Part shown: positions 1 to 8,972 of the stretch, piece by piece
Position numbering within the stretch: the first letter of the stretch is position 1
How the letters are laid out: every line of letters starts with the position of its first letter
Assembly: GCA_963764165.1 (NCBI GenBank)
Contig: CAVXRD010000002.1
Location: 1,280,001 to 1,344,000 of the forward strand
DNA from: an uncultured Verrucomicrobiae bacterium
GTDB lineage: Bacteria > Verrucomicrobiota > Verrucomicrobiia > Limisphaerales > Palsa-1400
Length of the DNA stretch: 64,000 bases
Direction of reading: 5' to 3'
Position numbers and translations under genes: made by a program
The notes under the pieces: generated by a model
Seen by the model: only the letters and a program-made list of their open reading frames with translations
What the model was told of the DNA's origin: nothing
Database searches by the model: none

Positions 1-546
1 CAAGAACGGCTCGTGGTCGCATGCGTAAACAACGCAAATGCCATCCATCTCGAAGCGATAGCCAAGCGTCAGCGCGGGATGGTTCAGAAACCATGTCGTG
101 ATGCGGATGTCTTCGATCTCCAGGTTTCCTTCAACAAGGTCGTGGAAGCGGATGGCCGCTCCCATGTCATCAAGGCTGACGGGAAAATAGGAATATTGCA
201 TTTGCCCCGCCAGTGTTTCGCGCAGCGATTGGCCCATGCCGGCCGGCCCGTAGACATCCCAGCGCCCGCCTTTGACGAAAAGCGGGGCAAAGAAGGGAAA
301 ACCTTGAATGTGGTCCCAATGCGTGTGGCTGATGAGCAAGCTCCCCCGAAGCGGCCCCTTTGCATCCGCCAGCAACGATTGCCCGAGCCCATGGGCGCCC
401 GTTCCGCAGTCAATGACGACCAATGCGCCCGACGGCGAGGTCAATTGGACACAGGCGGTATTGCCGCCATAGCGGAGCGTGCGCGGGCCGGGTTTGGCCA
501 GCGATCCACGTGTTCCCCAAAATCGAATTTGCGCCGGATTACTCAT
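1..546 (-). CDS. MBL-fold metallo-hydrolase, 5' part only (runs off the window edge)
   Basis: Not in the ORF track. Hand translation from ATG at 546 gives MSNPAQIRFWGTRGSLAKPG..GGNTACV..IDCGTG..ISHTHWDHIQGFPFF..LNHP..YACDHE, with the HxHxDH metal-binding motif. Confidence 0.92.
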   Translation of the reverse strand, partial: MSNPAQIRFWGTRGSLAKPGPRTLRYGGNTACVQLTSPSGALVVIDCGTGAHGLGQSLLADAKGPLRGSLLISHTHWDHIQGFPFFAPLFVKGGRWDVYGPAGMGQSLRETLAGQMQYSYFPVSLDDMGAAIRFHDLVEGNLEIEDIRITTWFLNHPALTLGYRFEMDGICVVYACDHEPFL

Positions 547-610
547 AAGACAACGTGAAACGATTTCATTTATCATGGGTTCATGTCAACGACAGTCCAG
601 TCCACGCGCA

Positions 611-623
611 GGGCAGACGCATC
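611..623. repeat. Dispersed repeat GGGCAGACGCATC, single copy
   Basis: The same motif occurs at 27209-27224 and 54355-54370, and inverted at 54476-54491. Confidence 0.6.
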
Positions 624-678
624 CAAATTCCGAGGCGGGGACGCCCTCCCCAGTCTTTTTCTTCGGCTTGGTTGCGGA

Positions 679-738
679 TTTTTCAAAAAACAGGTGCGAT
701 TTGGTGCGATTAGGTGCGACTAGCTGCGATTTGGTGAT
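679..738. repeat. T5-C-A6 tract followed by a 10-bp-period tandem repeat (about 4.8 units)
   Basis: TTTTTCAAAAAA CAGGTGCGAT TTGGTGCGAT TAGGTGCGAC TAGCTGCGAT TTGGTGAT; a shorter homolog lies at 38507-38547. Confidence 0.85.
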
Positions 739-924
739 ACTGGCTATGCTTGGGTTTAGGGGCGGATCCAAGGATTTTGGCGATTTAATGGATATTGAAA
801 TAGTTCTGTGGTCAAATTTATATGGGGCGCAGAGCACGGGCAAAATGAACGTTACAAACCAGCCTCGGGATTGTAGCGCTCATGCGATTGCCAAATGCCC
901 GGCATCTGCCATCCTAATGGCGTT

Positions 925-1275
925 ATGTTCAAATTCTGGAAACGAAAGTCAAAGAAGGCGGCAGACGATTCCAACCAGCATATCGGTTGGGCCGACTGGT
1001 TCACAAATGGTGACGTGTTTAACGTCAGCCAAACTGTGGATGCCAGTTCACAAAATGACCACCATTCAACCGGGTCTCCGCACCACGGGCATCATTCCCA
1101 CCATTCCGGCGCCGTTGATCCCGGGCTTCCCGCAGACGGCCATCACGGCGGCGGGACGGCGGACGCGGGCGGATTATCGCACTCGGCGAGCCATGGCGGC
1201 GCAGGCGACTCGGGAGGCGGGCACAGTTGCGGGGGGCATTCCTGTGGAGGCCACGGCTGCGGTGGAGGGCATTGA
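925..1275 (+). CDS. Small His/Gly-rich protein (116 aa) with C-terminal GHSCG-GHSCG-GHGCG-GGH tail
   Basis: Starts MFKFWKRKSKK; 17 His and 3 Cys. The repeat units use different synonymous codons (CAC AGT TGC / CAT TCC TGT / CAC GGC TGC), consistent with selection at the protein level. Confidence 0.75.
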   Translation: MFKFWKRKSKKAADDSNQHIGWADWFTNGDVFNVSQTVDASSQNDHHSTGSPHHGHHSHHSGAVDPGLPADGHHGGGTADAGGLSHSASHGGAGDSGGGHSCGGHSCGGHGCGGGH

Positions 1276-1291
1276 CACATGAACAAAGTGT

Positions 1292-1984
1292 TCAGTCAGG
1301 TCCTTGGCCGCGCTTTAGCAAAAGCTCGACGTAAGGCACGTCTGCCGGGACGGTCACTTTGGGATTCGGCGAAGGGATATGCACCAGGCGCACGCGCTGG
1401 CCGACATGCTCGCAAGCCGCCGTGTCGTCCGTCACCTGAATGCCCCGTTCGCGCACGACGCTCAACGCGCGGCGAATGACTTCCACCCGAAATGTCTGCG
1501 GCGTCTGGACCGACCACAATCTCGAGCGGTCCAAATGTTGTCCAACAAATTTTCCGTCGGCTGAAGATTTAATCGTGTCCACGACCGGTTGAGCGGCGAC
1601 GGCGGCCCCTTCCACGCGGGCGGCCTCGATGGTCGCTTCAATCAAGGCCTGGCTTGTGCATGGGCGGGCGGCATCCTGGATGGCGACCAATTCGGACGAA
1701 GGAGAAAGCGCCAGCAGGCCGTTCCAGACGGAATCCTGCCGCTCCCGGCCGCCGGCCACATACCGGCAGGTCTTGGTGAATTTGTATTGGACCGCAAGAT
1801 CGGCGTAGGTCTGCTGCATGCCGTCGCGCACCACCATGATGATTTCTTCGATGGACGGCGAGCGGTCAAACTGCGCCCAGGCATAAGTGAGCAAGGGGCG
1901 GCCGGCGACCGGCAGGAAAAGCTTGTCTACCTGCGGCCCCATGCGCGTGCCCCTTCCGGCGGCTACAATGATGGCGGATGTCAT
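1292..1984 (-). CDS. ispD: 2-C-methyl-D-erythritol 4-phosphate cytidylyltransferase
   Basis: AAGRGTRMG, GGRERQDSV, IQDAARP, QTPQTF, TDD and NPKVT motifs. Confidence 0.95.
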   Translation of the reverse strand: MTSAIIVAAGRGTRMGPQVDKLFLPVAGRPLLTYAWAQFDRSPSIEEIIMVVRDGMQQTYADLAVQYKFTKTCRYVAGGRERQDSVWNGLLALSPSSELVAIQDAARPCTSQALIEATIEAARVEGAAVAAQPVVDTIKSSADGKFVGQHLDRSRLWSVQTPQTFRVEVIRRALSVVRERGIQVTDDTAACEHVGQRVRLVHIPSPNPKVTVPADVPYVELLLKRGQGPD

Positions 1985-2000
1985 TTTATTCGTGACAGCA

Positions 2001-3011
2001 CTAGGCTGGCAAAAGTGGTTTGACCGAATGGCTGGCCAGTTGCTTGGCCAGCCGGATGGCGGCTTGCATGCTTGACGGATTGGCGATGCTCAGGCCCGCA
2101 ATGTCGTAGGCTGTGCCGTGGTCTGGAGAAGTTCGGATGAACGGCAATCCGAGCGTCCAATTCACGCCGTTTTCAAACGCCACCATCTTCAGCGGCGCAA
2201 GCCCCTGGTCGTGATACATCGCGACCACGGCGTCATATTGCCCGCGGTAAGCCATATGGAACAATGTATCCGCCGGCAACGGCCCAACCACATCGATGCC
2301 CTTCTTTTTCAAGCCGTCCACGACAGGCCGGATCAAGTCGATTTCCTCGCGGCCGAATTGTCCGCCTTCACCCGCGTGCGGATTGAGTCCGCAAACGCCG
2401 ACGCGGCTGCGCAGCAGTCCGAGATCCGCGCAAGCCTGGGCGGCGCGTTCGATGGCCAGTTCAATTTTCGTGGCGTCAAGCTGTTCGGCGACCAGCTTGA
2501 GAGGAACGTGGGTGGTGGCCAGCGCGACACGGAGCCAGTTTCCCCGGCTGTCCTCGCCGAGCAGCATCATGACAGTTCGATCCGTGCCGGCGAGTTGCGA
2601 AAGAAATTCCGTTTGCCCAATAAACGGCTGCCCGCTGCGCACGACGGCTTCCTTGTTAAGCGGCGCAGTGACAAGGGCATCCGTCTCGTGGCACAAGCAG
2701 CGTTGCGCCCCGTCCGTCAGCCAGGCGATGGCGGCCTGGGCGGCGGCGGGCGACCCCGGCTCCAATCCCGGCGGCAGCGGCTCCTCCCGCGGATCGTGGA
2801 GGAAGAAACGGCCGGCGGCGGCAAACTCGGAGAAGGGCTGCAGCGGGAAATTCAGATCGAGCCGCTCGTAGGCGGCGGCGGCATAGGCGCTGTCGCCAAT
2901 CAACAAATACCGGGTCTCATCCCGCCCGGCCTCCGCCGCCAGCGCCTTGAGCGTGACCTCCGGCCCGATGCCCGTGACATCGCCGAGCGAAATGGCGATC
3001 CATCCTGTCAT
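2001..3011 (-). CDS. pdxA: 4-hydroxythreonine-4-phosphate dehydrogenase
   Basis: GDVTGIGPE, TAPLNK, TTHVPL, GLNPHAGE, AMYHDQGL and IRTSPDHGTAYDIAG motifs. Confidence 0.96.
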   Translation of the reverse strand: MTGWIAISLGDVTGIGPEVTLKALAAEAGRDETRYLLIGDSAYAAAAYERLDLNFPLQPFSEFAAAGRFFLHDPREEPLPPGLEPGSPAAAQAAIAWLTDGAQRCLCHETDALVTAPLNKEAVVRSGQPFIGQTEFLSQLAGTDRTVMMLLGEDSRGNWLRVALATTHVPLKLVAEQLDATKIELAIERAAQACADLGLLRSRVGVCGLNPHAGEGGQFGREEIDLIRPVVDGLKKKGIDVVGPLPADTLFHMAYRGQYDAVVAMYHDQGLAPLKMVAFENGVNWTLGLPFIRTSPDHGTAYDIAGLSIANPSSMQAAIRLAKQLASHSVKPLLPA

Positions 3012-3988
3012 TAATAAAATCGGTAAAACGATTTCCGCTTGAGCCGGTCAATCCACTGTTTTTTCAGGCGCAGGCTCTCTTCGTTCTTCAATGTGCGCTC
3101 AATATCCGCGCGGACTTCGTCCAGTTGCTTGATGTGGGCTGGCTTGGTGTCTTCGGCCTCGACGATGTAGCAGGCGTCGGGAGTTTCAATGACGCCGCTG
3201 TGCTGTCCCGGCTTGAGCGAGAACGCGACATCAGACACTTCCTTTCGGAACAGCTTGCGGTCCACCCATCCGCGATCGCCACCGTCGGTGCGGTGCGAAT
3301 CCGAGGAGTTCACGGCGGCCATTTCCGCGAATGGCACACCGGAATCAATCTCGGTCAGGATTTCCTGCCCCAATTCCTTGGCCGCGCCGGGATGCTCGGC
3401 GTTCTGCGGCAGCACGATCATGCGCACTTTCACCTGGTCCTCCACTTTGTAATCAGCCTGATGCTCGCCGTAATAAGTGGCAATCTTCAGGGGGGAAATG
3501 ATGATCTTGCGGACGTTGGAATCGTTTTGGTACTTCATGTACTCGACAATGAACCTATCCCGCTGTTCGCGGCGGAACATTTCGTAAGTCTTCCCCTCGG
3601 CCCGAAGCGTCTGAATGAGGCGCGAGCGATCACCGTAATAGTCGTGCTGGATCCGTTCCTGAATGCGGTCGTCGATGAATGCTTCCAGGACATTGGTCGC
3701 GTAACCGGAGGTGACAAAATCGTGGATGATCATCTTGTCCTCGATCTTCTCCTCGAAAATCTGGTCTGTGAGCTTGACACGCTCCTGCTGCAGAGCCGGG
3801 CGGTTGTTGCCGAATTTTTTAGACAAGTCACCGGAGTATTCCGCCAGCTTGGCCTCCACTTCGCCGGAGGTGATGACGGAATCGTTTACCACGACCGCCA
3901 CCTGCGTGACAGGAACGGGTTCGGCGCAGGCGGACGACACCGCGGAGAGCAGCGCTCCCGCGGCGGCACAGCTTAGAAACTTCTTCAC
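3011..3988 (-). CDS. SurA-like parvulin peptidyl-prolyl isomerase/chaperone
   Basis: Signal peptide, VAVVVNDSVIT, rotamase domain (FAEMAAVNSSD..GGDRGW..AFSLKPGQHSGVIET); immediately upstream of pdxA, as in surA-pdxA operons. Confidence 0.88.
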   Translation of the reverse strand: MKKFLSCAAAGALLSAVSSACAEPVPVTQVAVVVNDSVITSGEVEAKLAEYSGDLSKKFGNNRPALQQERVKLTDQIFEEKIEDKMIIHDFVTSGYATNVLEAFIDDRIQERIQHDYYGDRSRLIQTLRAEGKTYEMFRREQRDRFIVEYMKYQNDSNVRKIIISPLKIATYYGEHQADYKVEDQVKVRMIVLPQNAEHPGAAKELGQEILTEIDSGVPFAEMAAVNSSDSHRTDGGDRGWVDRKLFRKEVSDVAFSLKPGQHSGVIETPDACYIVEAEDTKPAHIKQLDEVRADIERTLKNEESLRLKKQWIDRLKRKSFYRFY

Positions 3989-4053
3989 AAGCGCCGATGC
4001 TAGGCCACCGCCATTTTCACATCAAGTGGGAAAGAAGAACGGCATGTGTCAAA

Positions 4054-4132
4054 GGCAGGGACGCCTCGCCGAGGCGTCAGGGGTGAAGCTTTGTTCACGC
4101 CCAACCGGACGCCTCGCCGAGGCATCCCTGCC
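4054..4132. repeat. REP-like doublet, family A (GGYAGGGACGCCTCGCCGAGGCGTC and inverted partner)
   Basis: Two palindromic units in inverted orientation; the same family occurs at 23398-23742 and 54530-54648. Confidence 0.85.
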
Positions 4133-4161
4133 TCACTTCGAGGCGCGCCACGAAACGTCAA

Positions 4162-4189
4162 TTGACGGGCGGGGGGGATTTGTTAACCT
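4162..4189 (+). promoter_or_regulatory. Putative sigma70 promoter of aroF
   Basis: TTGACG-16 nt-TAACCT with an extended -10 TG, ending 11 nt before the ATG at 4201. Confidence 0.5.
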
Positions 4190-4200
4190 GCACGACTTCT

Positions 4201-5214
4201 ATGATTGTAGTTCTCAAACCGAACATCACAAAGAAAGACGAATCCGCCGTGCTGAAGGAGATCAGGAAACTCGGCTACCGCCCGCATGTCATGCGGGGGA
4301 TCGAGCGCGTTGTCATCGGCGCCATTGGCGATGAGCGGACCCACCAATCGCTGGAGACGCTCGTATCGTGGCCGCAGGTCGAACGCGTCATGCCGGTGCA
4401 GAAGCGTTACAAGCTCGTCAGCCGCGAGGGGCAAAGCGGCAATTCTGTGGTGCCGGTGCGGAGTATTCCCATCGGCGGAAAAAAATTCCAGGTCATGGCC
4501 GGCCCTTGCTCCGTCGAGGACGAGAAGCAATTGATGGCCACCGCTCACGCGGTCAAGAAAGCGGGCGCGACGATTCTTCGCGGCGGCGCATTCAAGCCGC
4601 GCACTTCGCCCTACGAATTCCAGGGCCTTGGCAAGACCGGCCTCAAGCTGCTGGCCAAGGCGCGGCGGGAAACGGGCCTGGCGGTCATTACCGAGCTTCT
4701 TTCCGAGCAGCACGCCGAAATGGTGGCCGAATACACGGACATCATCCAGATCGGCGCGCGCAACTCGCAGAATTTCCAACTCCTGATCGCCGCCGCCAAG
4801 ACCGGCAAGCCGGTGCTGCTCAAGCGCGGGCTTTCCATGAAAATCGAGGAATGGCTGCTGGCGGGCGAATACGTGTTATCCAACAATAATCCGAATTTGA
4901 TTTTCTGCGAACGCGGCATCCGCACCTTCGAAACGTACACGCGCAACACGCTTGATCTTTCGACCATCCCGATCATCAAGAACGAATCGCATTGCCCGAT
5001 CATCATCGATCCCAGCCAGGGCGCGGGGCGGGCTGATCTGGTCGCGGCCATGTGCATCGGCGCGGCGGCGATGGGGGCGGACGGTCTCTTGATCGAAGTC
5101 CATCCCAACCCCGCCGAAGCATGGAGCGATGGCGCGCAGCAATTGACCTTGGAAGGCTTCGCCCAATTGATGGAAAAGCTCAAGCCATTCATTGCCGCGG
5201 CGGGCAGGGAATAG
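4201..5214 (+). CDS. aroF: 3-deoxy-7-phosphoheptulonate (DAHP) synthase, class I-beta with N-terminal regulatory domain
   Basis: MIVVLK start; AGPCSVE, RGGAFKPRTSPYEFQGLG, QIGARNSQNF, ERGIRTFE and EVHPNP..SDG motifs. Confidence 0.96.
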   Translation: MIVVLKPNITKKDESAVLKEIRKLGYRPHVMRGIERVVIGAIGDERTHQSLETLVSWPQVERVMPVQKRYKLVSREGQSGNSVVPVRSIPIGGKKFQVMAGPCSVEDEKQLMATAHAVKKAGATILRGGAFKPRTSPYEFQGLGKTGLKLLAKARRETGLAVITELLSEQHAEMVAEYTDIIQIGARNSQNFQLLIAAAKTGKPVLLKRGLSMKIEEWLLAGEYVLSNNNPNLIFCERGIRTFETYTRNTLDLSTIPIIKNESHCPIIIDPSQGAGRADLVAAMCIGAAAMGADGLLIEVHPNPAEAWSDGAQQLTLEGFAQLMEKLKPFIAAAGRE

Positions 5215-5244
5215 CGGGAAATATTGCTGCGTGATCCGCAAATT

Positions 5245-6834
5245 ATGACCCCACAGCAACCGGGCAATCCTTCGGCGGATCCGAAAAACAATCTGTCTGA
5301 CACCGTCATCCGGCGGTGGCTGCTGGCGGCGGTGGCCGCGGGACTCGTTTGGCGCGTGGCGCGGATGGCGCTTCATTTCGAAATCACCGGCGACGAAGCT
5401 GGCATCCTGCGCAGCGTCATGGAGCGAAGCTATTCGCAATTGCTGGCGCCGCTCAGTTATTTCAACGTCTCGCCGCCCATGTTTCTGTGGATGACGAAAT
5501 TGGCCGACTCGGTTTTTCACAGCGATTGGGCCTCGCGGTGCATGCCGTTTCTCGCCGGAATTGCGGCGCTGGCGCTGTTCGGTTTGATGTGCCGCAAAGT
5601 GCTGACCGGAAATGGAGTCTGGATGGCGTGGGCGATCTTTAGCGTGGCCTACGTGCCAGTCGTCGAAGGTACTCGCGCGAAGGGATATACGATCGATCTG
5701 CTCGTCGCGATGCTGATGCTCTGGTGGATGCTGCGGTGGCTGCTGGACGGAACGAATGCGCGGTTTCTGGTCATCCTGTGCGCCGCCGCTCCGGTGTTTA
5801 TCTGGCTGTCCTATACCTCTGTGTTTGTCATCGGCGCGATTGGATTTGTTTTTCTTGTCTGGCTGGCCAAGCCGCAGTGGGTGGCACCCGTCAAAGTCGG
5901 CGGCAATGCCGTTCGCGATTGGCGGAATGTGACGGCGGGGTTGCTCTTCCTCGGGTTGTCCGCCGCCAGCGCAATTCTGCTTTTCAAAATAAACGTTCAC
6001 CCAGCACTTGCGGCAAGTGCCGAGAATGGATTGTCGGACGGTTGGAAGCGTGGCTACCCGCCGGACCGACTCTGGCAAATCCCTCAATGGCTGCTGGCGT
6101 CTCATACTGGGCGCGGCTTCGCCTGGCCGGTGGGAGAAAATCATTACGGCTCGGCTTTCACTTTCATCTTGTGGCTGGCAGGGCTGGCGTTTTACTGGCG
6201 CTCGGGGAACCGGTGGGTTTGGGCGCTGTTTCTGGCGCCTCAAGCGTTGTCGTTGTTCGCCGGCATTCTGCACAAGTATCCTTACCTTCAGAATCCTCGC
6301 ATCTGCATGTTCCTGGGGCCGGGCATTTGCATTTTCGCTGGGCATGGGGCGCAGCATCTGATTGATTTGCTGAGTCAAGTGAAACGGCAAACCACTTATC
6401 TGCTCGCGTCCATCGCCCTGATGGCCTGCGCGATTGGGGGATTGGCGCGCGACGGGGTCTTGCGATGGCGCGAAATAAAAGCGCATGGGATGCGGAGCAC
6501 GCTGTCGGAGGCAAGCCGCCGGGCGGGCGCGGAAACTCCGTTTGTGATGTTGAACGATGAGAACGCCTCAGGCGTGTTTGAATATTATCTTCACCACGTC
6601 GTTGAACAGCCGCTCCGAAGCGCAGACAAGCTGGCGGGAGACATTCCTCCCCATGGAAAAATGGCCCTCGTTGCGATTGGAGTGAAACCCGAGCCCGGGC
6701 ATGACGAGGCGCTTTTGGCCGACTTCGAACGACGCTGCGGAAGGCCGGTCAAAATCGCGTGGTCGCAAAAGGGTTCACAAGTCCTGATCGGCGGAAGCGA
6801 TACCATTTCCGTATGGCTGTGCGATTTCAATTAA
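5245..6834 (+). CDS. Multi-pass membrane glycosyltransferase (GT-C fold, ArnT/PMT-like)
   Basis: N-terminal TM helix then GDE motif, PP motif, KGY and many hydrophobic helices; start uncertain (5224 or 5245). Confidence 0.7.
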   Translation: MTPQQPGNPSADPKNNLSDTVIRRWLLAAVAAGLVWRVARMALHFEITGDEAGILRSVMERSYSQLLAPLSYFNVSPPMFLWMTKLADSVFHSDWASRCMPFLAGIAALALFGLMCRKVLTGNGVWMAWAIFSVAYVPVVEGTRAKGYTIDLLVAMLMLWWMLRWLLDGTNARFLVILCAAAPVFIWLSYTSVFVIGAIGFVFLVWLAKPQWVAPVKVGGNAVRDWRNVTAGLLFLGLSAASAILLFKINVHPALAASAENGLSDGWKRGYPPDRLWQIPQWLLASHTGRGFAWPVGENHYGSAFTFILWLAGLAFYWRSGNRWVWALFLAPQALSLFAGILHKYPYLQNPRICMFLGPGICIFAGHGAQHLIDLLSQVKRQTTYLLASIALMACAIGGLARDGVLRWREIKAHGMRSTLSEASRRAGAETPFVMLNDENASGVFEYYLHHVVEQPLRSADKLAGDIPPHGKMALVAIGVKPEPGHDEALLADFERRCGRPVKIAWSQKGSQVLIGGSDTISVWLCDFN

Positions 6835-6871
6835 ACACGATCCGCATGATAATTGCCCCGAATCACACTCG

Positions 6872-8131
6872 ATGAACGTTCCCCTTCTTCAAAAAATTGA
6901 CAGATACGCGGGAGTGCCGATTTGCTTTTGCTTGACCGCACTGCGGCGGATTTTCGATTGGCGCACAACACCGGGTTCGTCCCCGGCCCGGAAAATTCTC
7001 TTCGTCAAGCTGGCCGAGCAAGGATCGACGGTCCTGGCCATTCCCGCGCTTCGCCAGGCGGTGCGCGCTGTCGGCAAGGAAAATGTCTATTTCGTGGCTT
7101 TCCAGGAAAACCGATTCATCCTGGATCTTCTCGAGCTTATTCCCAAAGAAAACGTCATCGCGATTCGCACCGACGGATTTTTTCGCATGGGACTCGGGAC
7201 GCTTAAAGCGTTTTTGCGCATGAACAGATTGAAGCTGGACTCCGCCATCGACATGGAGTTTTTCTCGCGCGGCTCCGCCATCGTGACTTACTTGAGCGGA
7301 GCGAAAGCGCGGGTGGGATTCCATGCGTTTTACGGCGGCGGGCCTTACCGTGGCAATTTGATGACACACCGCGTGCCTTATAATTCGCGACTCCACACGA
7401 CGACGACGTTTCAAATTCTCGTGGAAGCTCTCAACCACGATCCCGAAGACTTTCCCGTGCTCAATTTCCCGACGCCGCCATCGACTTTTGACGTCCCCAC
7501 CTTCGCGCCAAAAGCCGCCGAAATCGCGTCCGTGAAGGCCATGCTCCCTGCCAACAATGGCGAGCGGCTGTCTCTCGTCCTGCTGAATCCCAACGCCAGC
7601 GATTTGCTGCCGCTGCGCCAATGGCCGAGGGAAAGATACGTCGAGCTGGCAAACTTGGTTCTCGCCGAATTGCCGGACGTCCACGTCGTTTTTACCGGCG
7701 GGCCGAATGAGGCGGACGAAATCGAGGCGTTGACGCGCCAGGTTCGCAGCGACCGTTGCCTTTGCCTAGCGGGAAAAACCACGCTCCGCCAATTGATGGT
7801 GTTGTACACGCTGTCAGAAATTCTCGTCACCAACGACAGCGGCCCAGCCCACTTCGCGAGCCTGACTCCGATTCACGTGATCACGTTATTCGGGCCGGAA
7901 ACTCCCGCGTTGTTCTCCGCGCCGCCGCCGCGAAACTTGGCGTTGTGGGCCGGGCTTCCGTGCAGCCCGTGTGTGAACGCCTTCAACAACCGCCAATCCA
8001 CCTGCCGCGACAACCAGTGCATGAAATCCATTTCCGTCCGGCAGGTTATGGGGGAGGTTGTACGCATTTACTCGGAGAGGAAATCAGTTCAAATCAAAGT
8101 GCGCCGCGACTGTGCGCCAGCTTCTTTTTGA
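6872..8131 (+). CDS. Glycosyltransferase family 9 (heptosyltransferase-like)
   Basis: LAGKTTLRQL, VTNDSGPAHFA, LFGPE and the C-terminal CSPC...C...CM pattern. Confidence 0.9.
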   Translation: MNVPLLQKIDRYAGVPICFCLTALRRIFDWRTTPGSSPARKILFVKLAEQGSTVLAIPALRQAVRAVGKENVYFVAFQENRFILDLLELIPKENVIAIRTDGFFRMGLGTLKAFLRMNRLKLDSAIDMEFFSRGSAIVTYLSGAKARVGFHAFYGGGPYRGNLMTHRVPYNSRLHTTTTFQILVEALNHDPEDFPVLNFPTPPSTFDVPTFAPKAAEIASVKAMLPANNGERLSLVLLNPNASDLLPLRQWPRERYVELANLVLAELPDVHVVFTGGPNEADEIEALTRQVRSDRCLCLAGKTTLRQLMVLYTLSEILVTNDSGPAHFASLTPIHVITLFGPETPALFSAPPPRNLALWAGLPCSPCVNAFNNRQSTCRDNQCMKSISVRQVMGEVVRIYSERKSVQIKVRRDCAPASF

Positions 8132-8216
8132 CTAACACCGGAATGCTGAAGCGACGGAGTGGCGGGAGCAGAACCAAAGCGCTTCCAATTTGGGGAAAAT
8201 GGGCTATTTTTCCATC

Positions 8217-8459
8217 GTGAAGCCTGTATTACAGACAGTGTCGATTGATCCGGAAAAGTTGAAGCCCGTGTTGCATGACAAGATCGAGCGCATGGATGGT
8301 TTGCATTTGTCCTTGCTGAACCGGGTTCTGTTGCAATTGGAGGCAGAAGAACTTGCTGGGCGCATTGGCGACGGGTTTGACAAAGATGGCGAAGAAGGCT
8401 TGCGGCGGCGCATTCCTGAGCTAGTGAAGGAATTTCGCGACGAACATCGTTACAAATGA
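8217..8459 (+). CDS. Small hypothetical protein, probable antitoxin of the PIN toxin
   Basis: Short charged ORF whose stop overlaps the PIN gene start (ATGA); start codon uncertain. Confidence 0.6.
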   Translation: MKPVLQTVSIDPEKLKPVLHDKIERMDGLHLSLLNRVLLQLEAEELAGRIGDGFDKDGEEGLRRRIPELVKEFRDEHRYK

Positions 8460-8881
8460 CGGTTTGTCTGGATACAAACGTCTTTCTACAAATGTTTGGC
8501 CGGAAACAGCCTTTCTATCCAATCCTGCGCGCCCTACTTAGCGGTCGATTGCACCTCGCGGTGTCAACTGAAATCCTGTTGGAATATGAGGAGGTAACGG
8601 TCAAACTGTCGGGCGTGGAACGCTGGCGCGATGTGGCGGCGTTCCTCGAATTGCTGACCCAACTTCACGGTAATATCCGGCAAGTTGAACCGAATTTCCG
8701 TTTCGGCGTGATTGGGGCTGATCCTGACGACAACAAATTTTGCGACTGCGCAATTGCGACCGAGGCCGATTTCATTATCACTGAAGACGGCCATTTTGAC
8801 GCTTTGAAGTCCGCTGGCTACAAACCGATACCCGTCACGCCCAGCGAGTTCATTCGACGCAATTTGCCTTCCGGGTCGTGA
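8456..8881 (+). CDS. PIN-domain toxin (VapC-like)
   Basis: VCLDTNV, EILLEYEE, DPDDNKF.DCA and IITED.HF acidic PIN motifs. Confidence 0.9.
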   Translation: MTVCLDTNVFLQMFGRKQPFYPILRALLSGRLHLAVSTEILLEYEEVTVKLSGVERWRDVAAFLELLTQLHGNIRQVEPNFRFGVIGADPDDNKFCDCAIATEADFIITEDGHFDALKSAGYKPIPVTPSEFIRRNLPSGS

Positions 8882-8972
8882 GTGCGACTGCCGTCACCAT
8901 TGCGCGGTCAGAGTCGTGAACAAGATGCTTTGGGAACCGGTCACATTCTGGGACCGATCCACGCCTGCATAC

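Noticed and set aside
13..558. 181-aa plus-strand ORF
   Set aside because: It is the in-frame antisense shadow of the minus-strand MBL hydrolase, which has clear motifs.
691..738. Decamer arrays or REP clusters as a CRISPR array
   Set aside because: The units are 9-10 bp and contiguous, or are inverted pairs; there are no unique spacers and no cas genes.
4876..6486. Long antisense ORFs (this one, 9081-10460, 13313-14536, 50026-51399, 60076-61290, 62462-63634 and others)
   Set aside because: They mirror well-supported genes on the opposite strand, as expected in GC-rich DNA, and show no motifs of their own.
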